Source of the DNA: Candidatus Lokiarchaeum ossiferum
GTDB taxonomy: Archaea; Asgardarchaeota; Lokiarchaeia; Sigyniarchaeales; Promethearchaeaceae
Direction: 5' to 3'
Length of the DNA: 32,000 bases
Assembly: GCA_025839675.1 (NCBI GenBank)
Contig: CP104013.1
Location: 4,950,001-4,982,000 of the forward strand
Shown: positions 18,535 to 25,120 of the stretch, piece by piece
Layout: the number at the start of each line of letters is the position of its first letter
Numbering within the stretch: position 1 is the first letter of the stretch
Made by a program: the position numbers and the translations under genes
Notes under the pieces: model-generated
Told to the model about the DNA's origin: nothing
Databases searched by the model: none
Seen by the model: only the letters and a program-made list of their open reading frames with translations

Positions 18535-18542
18535 AAAAAAAA
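18535..18542 (-). terminator. Oligo-T (T8) tract downstream of the small GTPase stop
   Basis: On the minus strand, GTTTTTTTTGACC lies ~20 nt after the stop at 18561. Archaeal termination typically uses oligo-T. Confidence 0.35.
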
Positions 18543-18560
18543 CTAATCCATATCTGATTC

Positions 18561-19115
18561 TTATTCGAAATTCTGGTCTGCTTCAATCCGCTTTGCATTC
18601 TCATAACATTGACGGGCGATTTCCATAAACATTTCTTCCACATTTGTCCCATCCTTGGCTGAAGTTTCAATGTGGGTTGCATTTAATCGACTGGTTAAAT
18701 CCTCTGCTTCTTCCCGATTAACGCGCCTCTCTTCCTCAGCAATGTCTATCTTATTTCCAATTACGATCAATGGTATATTTCCAGCTGCATTTTGCATGGT
18801 GGTGGTCCATCCTGGTAATCTAAGTAATGATTCGGGCATTGTGATGTCATATACTCCAATGGCCCCTTGACTTCCCTTAAAATAAATGTTTCGCATCGTG
18901 GAAAATTGCGCTTGGCCGCCAATATCCCAAATCATCAGACGGATATCGTTTCCCTCAATTTCAACATCTTTAATAAGGAAATTCGTTCCGATTGTCTGTT
19001 TGAGATCTAAGGAAAAAGAATGTTTAATAAACCTGAGAATTAAACTGGTTTTTCCAACATTTTGGCTTCCGAATAAGGGTATTTTGAACTTGTATTGTTT
19101 TCGCTGTGTGCTAAT
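18561..19115 (-). CDS. Rab/Ras-like small GTPase (184 aa if initiated at ATT 19115)
   Basis: My own translation upstream of the listed ATG (18935) stays in frame: ISTQRKQYKFKIPLFGSQNVGKTSLILRFIKHSFSLDLKQTIGTNFLIKDVEIEGNDIRL-MIWDIGGQ. That gives G1 GSQNVGKT, a switch I Thr, G3 WDIGGQ, G4 GNKID and G5 ETSAK. There is no in-frame ATG/GTG/TTG between the upstream TAA and 18935. ATT at 19115-19113 is preceded by GAGGAG with a 6-nt spacer. Confidence 0.8.
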   Translation of the reverse strand: MSTQRKQYKFKIPLFGSQNVGKTSLILRFIKHSFSLDLKQTIGTNFLIKDVEIEGNDIRLMIWDIGGQAQFSTMRNIYFKGSQGAIGVYDITMPESLLRLPGWTTTMQNAAGNIPLIVIGNKIDIAEEERRVNREEAEDLTSRLNATHIETSAKDGTNVEEMFMEIARQCYENAKRIEADQNFE

Positions 19116-19121
19116 GGTTAT

Positions 19122-19127
19122 CTCCTC
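19122..19127 (-). promoter_or_regulatory. Shine-Dalgarno-like GAGGAG upstream of the candidate ATT start of the GTPase
   Basis: The minus strand reads TATGAGGAGATAACCATTAGC. Other genes in the window (translin, ATPase, transketolase) show comparable GGAG-type SD sequences at similar spacing. Confidence 0.4.
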
Positions 19128-19322
19128 ATAATTTCTGTTTGTGCTGTAATCATCAATAGTTAGATTTTTTCTATAATATATTTATTTTCTTTAGTAGTAT
19201 TAAATAATCCATTTTCTAACCCTTCTGTCAATAAAAGCTTTTTTAAAAGAGGATTGAAAATAGTTGGATATTAAATAGTAGTTTAAAAAAGAGCTTATTT
19301 TGTTCCCTTCATGTTTCTTCTT

Positions 19323-20210
19323 TTAGTTCTCATGCAACAAATCAATTTCGATCAATTTAATCTCATCCACATCGCGAATTTGGCGTAATCGTTCCTTGGT
19401 CTCGTCAAAATTATCAAAATTCAGCGGATTGAGATAAACCTCATAGATACATTTTCCCCCCTGTTGACAAATCCCAGAAGTGTAAACAAACGGAAGTTGA
19501 AGTTCTTGAAAGACTATACTAATTTCCTTCAATGTATCTGGACTTAATTGCCCATTGAAAATAACCGCAATCTTCACTACCCGTTCTTGATCGTAAGGGA
19601 TAATATCTACCTTAAAATTTTCTTTCCGTTTTTGAAAAACAACAAAATAATTTTTGCGGGTTTCAATAAAAGATTCGAGATCTCGGACTATCTTGATAGG
19701 TAGGTGTAAAGATTGCTTCTTGCGAAGATCTTGAAAGGGAACCAATATTCCGTGGGTTTGGGCTTGTCCAATGGCAAAAAACTTAGCCAATATTTCAAAT
19801 TCCTTGGTGAGGTATTCGAACTCTCCCTTAATTTCTTCCTCGTAATTTAACGGGGGATTATTGATATAGAGGGCTTTATAAATCTCTTTTCGCTTTTCCT
19901 TAATGATTTTCACAAATTCTTTGAATTCATGTTCATAGGAATTAAAATTGGGGGATTCTTCTTCAATTATCTTGGTTATCATTACCATCTCTTGCTTTCC
20001 CCGCGCCCACGCAGAAGGGATCATGAAGAAATAATTTGCGGTATTAAGTTCGGCAGAAAACGCATGGGTGAAAAAGCCCGGAGTTGCTGCATCCATCAAC
20101 CGTTTAATCTGGTTAATATCATCCTCTGACACAATATCCGTAATATTTTTTGGGACGCTGTAAAGGATGTCGGGTCCGATGATGGGATTGAAGTAAGTTA
20201 AGATGAGCAT
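19323..20210 (-). CDS. Longin-like (FLCN/NPRL2/DENN-type) domain protein with a C-terminal ACT-like region
   Basis: The N-terminal LTYFNPIIGPDILYSVP resembles NPRL2 FFSEFHPTLGPKITYQVP. FFMIPSAWARGKQEMVMITKII resembles FLCN [21 protein letters not shown]. Residues ~211-290 (VKIAVIFNG..PDTLKEISIVFQEL..FVYTSGICQQ..CIYEVYLNP..TKERLRQI..EIKLIEI) read as a beta-alpha-beta-beta-alpha-beta unit. Confidence 0.55.
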   Translation of the reverse strand: MLILTYFNPIIGPDILYSVPKNITDIVSEDDINQIKRLMDAATPGFFTHAFSAELNTANYFFMIPSAWARGKQEMVMITKIIEEESPNFNSYEHEFKEFVKIIKEKRKEIYKALYINNPPLNYEEEIKGEFEYLTKEFEILAKFFAIGQAQTHGILVPFQDLRKKQSLHLPIKIVRDLESFIETRKNYFVVFQKRKENFKVDIIPYDQERVVKIAVIFNGQLSPDTLKEISIVFQELQLPFVYTSGICQQGGKCIYEVYLNPLNFDNFDETKERLRQIRDVDEIKLIEIDLLHEN

Positions 20211-20344
20211 TTTAGACCGGATTTGAAGTTAGTGATATAATTAAATAAAGAAGCTTTTAAAGCTTTTATTTCTGGAATATTTCCTATTCTTGGTGAAAAT
20301 GGGATAATACATTATCGACATAAACAATTACTCCCCTTTCTATG

Positions 20345-20354
20345 AAATAAAAAG
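20345..20354 (-). terminator. Oligo-T tract (CTTTTTATTT) downstream of the gelsolin-like gene
   Basis: It lies 33-42 nt after the stop at 20387 on the minus strand. This suggests the gelsolin gene is its own transcription unit. Confidence 0.3.
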
Positions 20355-20386
20355 ACGCAATTTCGATTTTTCCTATCGTTCATGTC

Positions 20387-20665
20387 TTATTTCAAACTTT
20401 TTGTAATTTCCTCCATTATAGGCGAAGGAAACTCTGCTTGATTGTTCCGATATTGGTAATTGGAGTATTGAATCTTTTTTATGAGTAAATTTTTCTTCGC
20501 CATTTCAATCGCTTGAGGTTTGGATTTTTTTCCCGACCAAAAATAGATCCGATTCTGTGTTTGATCGACCACTATTGCGATATCATCGTTTAGCAATTGT
20601 TCCGTCTGTATCCACCCCTTTTGTTGAAATTTATACACTTTCAGCTTATTTTCTTTCGTTTCCAT
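20387..20665 (-). CDS. Single-domain gelsolin/villin-like protein
   Basis: KVYKFQQKG...LLNDDIAIVVDQTQNRIYFWSGKKSKPQAIEMAKKNLLIKKI follows the gelsolin-repeat signature (LFQVKG...L.sgDcFILD.g..IyvW.G..S...E..kA...a..I). Confidence 0.7.
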   Translation of the reverse strand: METKENKLKVYKFQQKGWIQTEQLLNDDIAIVVDQTQNRIYFWSGKKSKPQAIEMAKKNLLIKKIQYSNYQYRNNQAEFPSPIMEEITKSLK

Positions 20666-20780
20666 TTACTTGTTCACATCAAATAACCATTGTTTGTGTT
20701 TATGAGTTTTCCTACTTGCTCCATTCTTCGAAATTACTTCAAGTGAATAAAGCGGAAAACCAAAAGTTATTAATTATTTA

Positions 20781-21062
20781 ATGCTTTTCAAAAATATAAA
20801 TATCTGCGCAATGGGATGCATCGTGAAATTCCGACTCGTTTTTGAAACCACAACTAAGCATGGAAAGAAAGTGCAATTGAAGTTTAAAGTCCCCCCCTCC
20901 AAACATTTGGGCTTGATGAATTTTCTAAAGATCGCTATGGAAGGCGATGAGGACATTCAATTTGCTGTTGAAAAAATCTCTGAAGATAAACATGACCTCA
21001 GTAAAGCTAAGGGGACTTTCCGCTTAGTGCAAGATGATTCTGACGAATCGATCACCGATTAA
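20781..21062 (+). CDS. Hypothetical small acidic-tailed protein
   Basis: The ORF is 93 aa, or 83 aa from MGCIVKF at 20811. It is predicted beta-rich with one helix, and I recognise no family. It is kept as coding because it sits directly upstream of the transferase gene, ending 19 nt before that gene's preferred start at 21082 (29-nt overlap with the track ORF at 21034). Its codon usage resembles that of its neighbours. Confidence 0.4.
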   Translation: MLFKNINICAMGCIVKFRLVFETTTKHGKKVQLKFKVPPSKHLGLMNFLKIAMEGDEDIQFAVEKISEDKHDLSKAKGTFRLVQDDSDESITD

Positions 21063-21081
21063 CCCCTTTCTGGGATTTTTT

Positions 21082-21723
21082 ATGCCTTCTCGTTTCCGCC
21101 TCCGTAAAATTTTTGCCCCTGTAGTCAACTTTATGGCCAAAGGCTTTATCAAATTACAAGTCACTCCTAATATTGCCACTCTTTTGATGCTTTTTTGTGC
21201 CTGTATGAGTGCTTTGTCTTTGATTTTATGGGAGAGTTTACTATGGTATGGGATTTGGATTTTTATTACTGGGTTGATGGATGGTGTCGATGGGGCTATA
21301 GCTCGACTCACTGGTCGAAAGAGCAAATTTGGGGCGTTTTTTGATTCTTCCATGGATCGCTTGTCTGAAGGAATAATTTATTCCGCCTTATTAGTAAAAA
21401 TGGATTTGCTGTTTGATATTCCTGAAATTTGGAGCGTTCTTTTAATTGGGATGTGTTTATTATTTTCTTTTCTAATTAGCTACACTCGAGCCAGGTTAGA
21501 ATTAATTGGAAAAAGGGAAAAAATTAACTTTGATTCTAATATTGGTTTAATGGGTCGTTCGGAACGATTGTTTTACTTATTTCTCTCAAGTATGATTGTG
21601 GGATTTTTTCATATTGGCCTTCTTATTTTTATAATCACTTATTTCGTTTTAATTTTGACTACCGCCATCTATCGTTTCATAAAATATCAACAATTCATCG
21701 AGTCTATTGAAAAAAAGTTATGA
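21082..21723 (+). CDS. CDP-alcohol phosphatidyltransferase family; archaetidylinositol-phosphate-synthase-like
   Basis: The complete motif D-G-x2-A-R-x8-G-x3-D-x3-D is present in DGVDGAIARLTGRKSKFGAFFDSSMDRLSEG, with ~6 TM segments. The FGAF.DS..DR..(D/E)G variant resembles AIP/PIP synthases. Start moved from the track's 21034 to ATG 21082, which lies after the stop of the upstream ORF. Confidence 0.8.
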   Translation: MPSRFRLRKIFAPVVNFMAKGFIKLQVTPNIATLLMLFCACMSALSLILWESLLWYGIWIFITGLMDGVDGAIARLTGRKSKFGAFFDSSMDRLSEGIIYSALLVKMDLLFDIPEIWSVLLIGMCLLFSFLISYTRARLELIGKREKINFDSNIGLMGRSERLFYLFLSSMIVGFFHIGLLIFIITYFVLILTTAIYRFIKYQQFIESIEKKL

Positions 21724-21759
21724 TATTACTTGACATCCAATTTCAGAGGAGTGTTATTT

Positions 21760-22818
21760 TCATTCTGCTTTCGTTTCAAAAAATAATTCGATTCCCATCA
21801 AAGAGAATAGATCCTTAACATTCTCTCCCGTTTTTGCCGAAGTTTCAATAAATAAGCAATTTAATTCTTTTGCGAGAAGTCTTCCTTCTTCTTCAGTTAC
21901 TTGTCTTTCTTCAACAAGATCGCATTTATTGCCAACAATCACAATCGGTGCATCATGAACTATGCAACGAATATCTTCTAGCCAATATTTTATCCGTTCT
22001 TCAAAAGTGTTTCGTCTTGTTATATCATATAAAATAAACGCGGCTCGTGCTCCAGAATAATATGTTTTTCGTACCCGATGAAAAATTTTTTGTCCTGCAA
22101 TGTCCCAAATTATGAATTCTACGACTTTATTTTTTAATCCCTGTAAATTATTGGTCCGATTGGATATGGAAAATCCCAATGTTGGTTTATACTCTTTTTG
22201 ATATCGATTGGTGACAAATTGCTGAATTAAACTCGTTTTTCCTACGGCTTGATCCCCTAAAACACAAAATTTATACACCAATTTTTCATCTTCTGTACAT
22301 TGAAACGAGATTTTCTCCTCAAAATTCTGAAATTTACTCTTTGAAATTGTATGTGTTTTTTCTCCCACATTTAGATTGGGGATAGAAAGAGCTACTTTTT
22401 CTTCAGAATTGTCCATAAGTTGAACTATTTTTTCTGTAATCAAGAAAATGTTTGGCATTTCATCATTTATCTCTGGATCGTGTTCATATACACAGAGTAA
22501 AATTGCTTTTGATCCAGCCTCTGTGAATATAAATTTATGATCTTCTGTTTCAAACATTCCTGTACCGAAAGATCCAGGATATTCAAGTGAGATTTGTTTT
22601 AGTGTTGATTCTACACTATTCGCAACTGATCCGTAAATATTGTGTTCTGTATTTGTATTTTCCTCGTGTTTTATCTGGTTGAGAATTAAGGTTCCATCAC
22701 GTTCAAATAAATGGATCTCCAATAATCTATTTGAGGATGTTTTGAAGAAGTTTTGGAAGAGAATAGTTAACTTTTCATTAATTTTTGACATTATCTTTCC
22801 CTTTTCTTGATGCATCAA
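21760..22818 (-). CDS. Roadblock/LC7 (MglB-like) domain fused to a Rab-like small GTPase
   Basis: Residues ~11-136 follow the Roadblock pattern (LLEIHLFERDGTLI ... GSVANSVESTLKQIS ... FETEDHKFIFTEAGSKAILLCVY). Residues ~181-345 form a complete GTPase: G1 GDQAVGKTS, G3 WDIAGQ, G4 GNKCD and G5 ETSAK. An alternative start is MSKINE at 22791. Confidence 0.8.
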   Translation of the reverse strand: MMHQEKGKIMSKINEKLTILFQNFFKTSSNRLLEIHLFERDGTLILNQIKHEENTNTEHNIYGSVANSVESTLKQISLEYPGSFGTGMFETEDHKFIFTEAGSKAILLCVYEHDPEINDEMPNIFLITEKIVQLMDNSEEKVALSIPNLNVGEKTHTISKSKFQNFEEKISFQCTEDEKLVYKFCVLGDQAVGKTSLIQQFVTNRYQKEYKPTLGFSISNRTNNLQGLKNKVVEFIIWDIAGQKIFHRVRKTYYSGARAAFILYDITRRNTFEERIKYWLEDIRCIVHDAPIVIVGNKCDLVEERQVTEEEGRLLAKELNCLFIETSAKTGENVKDLFSLMGIELFFETKAE

Positions 22819-23085
22819 CTATTTCTTTTTCAGTTAATAAATGTTTTCTTAACCAATTATCACGACTTGAGTCAATTAAATTTCCGTTTTAACTCAATAT
22901 TAGGATTCAGAAATTAAAATGATGAGATTTAATAATTTTTGAAACAAATACTGAAAATTACATAAAAATGTTAAAAATTATAAGTGGAAACACTGCCCTC
23001 AAAAAGCAAAAACAAAATAAATTGCTATCTATTTTTTTGGATAATAATTGATTTCATAAATATTTTATATCACCACAACAAGAAT

Positions 23086-23093
23086 CTATATAA
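23086..23093 (+). promoter_or_regulatory. TATA-like box (CTATATAA) ~22 nt upstream of the GT2 ATG
   Basis: The spacing fits a leaderless or very short-leader archaeal transcript. No experimental support. Confidence 0.3.
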
Positions 23094-23111
23094 CAACAGA
23101 GATAGATCGTA

Positions 23112-23948
23112 ATGCAACAAATTATTTCAACCCAGATTCCCTTAAGTTCTAATGGAATTTTTAACAATCATAAACATTATCCTCCTCTTCATATTATCAT
23201 TCCTGCATATAATGAATCTCGTTCTATCATCTCAGTAATTAGGCGCATTGAATCATCTTTAATGTTGTATCCCTACCAATTTAGGATCACTGTCATTGAT
23301 GATGGCAGTTCTGACTCAACATATGAAATATTACAAAATTCCAATTTGAACATCTCATTGAAAAAAAATCATCAAAATCTTGGTAAAGGAAAAACTATGA
23401 GAAGGGGAATCTTACAGAGTAAAAAAGAAGAAATTGTTGTTATGATAGACGGAGATGGAGAACACATTCCAGAAGATATTTCTAGATTAATAGATCCCAT
23501 ATTGACAGGAAAAGCAGACTGTGTAATTGGTTCTCGTTTTTTACCAAGAAATTCAAGTATCACTTTATCGGGTTCCTATTTAAAAAACCAAAAGAAACAT
23601 AGCTATTTCCGTAAAGCAGGAAATAATCTCATTTCCTTCTTAATTTATACGTTTTTTAGAAGATGGATCACCGATTCTCAATGCGGGTTTAGAGCTTTTG
23701 CCCCTGATATCGCAAAACTTTATAAACCTACATATTCTGGTTTCGAAATTGAAACAGAAATGACTTTGTTTTATATACTCAACAACTTTAAAATTGTAGA
23801 AATACCGATCGATACTGGCTTGAATACTCGAGAATCCCATATGAATATCTTAAAAGATAGTATGAAAATTCTCTTTGTAATCCTGTCTCTGCGATTTAAG
23901 AAATTCGATAATGTATATCAAAAAATTCGAACAAAAATATTAAAATGA
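23112..23948 (+). CDS. Glycosyltransferase family 2, dolichyl-phosphate hexose synthase-like
   Basis: IIIPAYNESRSI, ITVIDDGSSDST, NLGKGKTMRRG, MIDGDGEH and CVIGSRF are typical of the DPM1/Alg5/AglD-like GT2 layout. Confidence 0.8.
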   Translation: MQQIISTQIPLSSNGIFNNHKHYPPLHIIIPAYNESRSIISVIRRIESSLMLYPYQFRITVIDDGSSDSTYEILQNSNLNISLKKNHQNLGKGKTMRRGILQSKKEEIVVMIDGDGEHIPEDISRLIDPILTGKADCVIGSRFLPRNSSITLSGSYLKNQKKHSYFRKAGNNLISFLIYTFFRRWITDSQCGFRAFAPDIAKLYKPTYSGFEIETEMTLFYILNNFKIVEIPIDTGLNTRESHMNILKDSMKILFVILSLRFKKFDNVYQKIRTKILK

Positions 23949-25115
23949 TTCACTTTCTTCGATTATATTTTGAAAGATATCAATTCTCTCAAACCATGTC
24001 ATTTCTTTTTTCTTTTTCAAAATATTCGATTTAATCTTTTCGTAAATTCCTTCATTTTGCAATAAATAATTAACCGCATAGACTATTTCACAAGAATTTC
24101 CGGGTTTAATTAAAACCCCTGTTTTTTCATGAACTATCAATTCTTTAATTCCCCCGACATTACTACCGATAACTGGGATATTAAATCCGAATGCTTCAAG
24201 CAACACATTTGGACAGCCATCATATAAAGAAGGAATTATTATCAAATCCGCTTGTCTATAATATTTCACAATTTCTTTACTTGGTAAATAACCTCGACAT
24301 TTTATCCGAGTAATGTTATTTTCTTTAATATATTTTAATATGGAATGATATAATGGCCCATCTCCGACAATATTGAATGTTAAATCTATATGTTTTTGAG
24401 AAATTTCATGGAAAGCATTTATTAAAATTTCACTTCCTTTTAATTCCGTTAGTGACCCTACAAAAAGTATTGATTTTATTCCCTTGCGAGATAAAATAGG
24501 GGGATTCTCATCCATTTTTTCAATTCCATTAGGACTATGGGTTGATTTCGTGTTTTCTATATTGTAATATTTGGAAACGACTAAAGATTCGAATTTTGAC
24601 ACCGATATTATTTTTTCAGCCTTTTGAAACAATCTTTTTTCTAAAAAATAAATTAGAAAGTAAAAAAGTTTAAAGTAAAACTGGTAAGGCGAATCTAAAG
24701 AATTATTTGAAATTTTAGCAATATAATTGCAGCCTCCATTTTTTATTGAATAGGGTATGTTTTTTGGTGAGTAATATATCGCCGGGGATATTATGAATAT
24801 ATAATCTGGTTTTTCAGTTCTTAAATACTTTGAAATTTTTATTGAATGAACCAGATTTTGAAATAGAGGTACTTTTGGAACTTGCATTCGATAAATTTTC
24901 CACTTGGAACCAATTTCAACATAATCCTTTTTAAAAAAGGGGAGTAGTATTTCTCTTACTGGAGAAATATTAAAGGAATGCATACGATCCCCCGTTATAA
25001 TTGAAATTTCGTGTTTATATTTTAAATTTAAGTATTTAGCTAATCTATAAGCACTTTTTCCTGTACCTTTAGAGTGTGGGGGAAAATCTCCTGATAGAAT
25101 TACTATTTTTGCCAT
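23940..25115 (-). CDS. Glycosyltransferase family 4 (GT-B)
   Basis: PSLYDGCPNVLLEAFGFNIPVIGSNVGGIKELI is the GT4 C-terminal signature. The gene's 3' end overlaps the convergent GT2 by 9 nt. Confidence 0.8.
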   Translation of the reverse strand: MAKIVILSGDFPPHSKGTGKSAYRLAKYLNLKYKHEISIITGDRMHSFNISPVREILLPFFKKDYVEIGSKWKIYRMQVPKVPLFQNLVHSIKISKYLRTEKPDYIFIISPAIYYSPKNIPYSIKNGGCNYIAKISNNSLDSPYQFYFKLFYFLIYFLEKRLFQKAEKIISVSKFESLVVSKYYNIENTKSTHSPNGIEKMDENPPILSRKGIKSILFVGSLTELKGSEILINAFHEISQKHIDLTFNIVGDGPLYHSILKYIKENNITRIKCRGYLPSKEIVKYYRQADLIIIPSLYDGCPNVLLEAFGFNIPVIGSNVGGIKELIVHEKTGVLIKPGNSCEIVYAVNYLLQNEGIYEKIKSNILKKKKEMTWFERIDIFQNIIEESESF

Positions 25116-25120
25116 TATTT

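Noticed and set aside
18886-19131. An 81-aa plus-strand ORF in the supplied track.
   Set aside because: It lies exactly antisense to the conserved N-terminal 60 residues (P-loop and switch I) of the minus-strand GTPase. Its own sequence is low-complexity with no motif. It is a shadow ORF.
19141-19165. A TGATGA (C-box-like) sequence on the minus strand upstream of the GTPase, considered as a possible C/D-box sRNA.
   Set aside because: No properly spaced D box (CUGA) or terminal stem could be found within the expected 50-70 nt. A single 6-mer is expected by chance in AT-rich DNA.
20251-20267. The tandem/palindromic AAGCTTTTAAAGCTTTT sequence (two HindIII-site copies) upstream of the longin gene.
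   Set aside because: It could form at most a 4-bp stem. On the minus strand it reads as an A/T-rich TATA-like stretch (TTTAAAAG). It is most simply part of the promoter, not a repeat element or operator that I can support.
20811-20825. The Met-Gly-Cys N-terminus (MGCIVKF) of the small ORF, which is reminiscent of eukaryotic myristoylation/palmitoylation signals.
   Set aside because: The start codon is uncertain, no N-myristoyltransferase is known or visible here, and the motif is too short to be meaningful.
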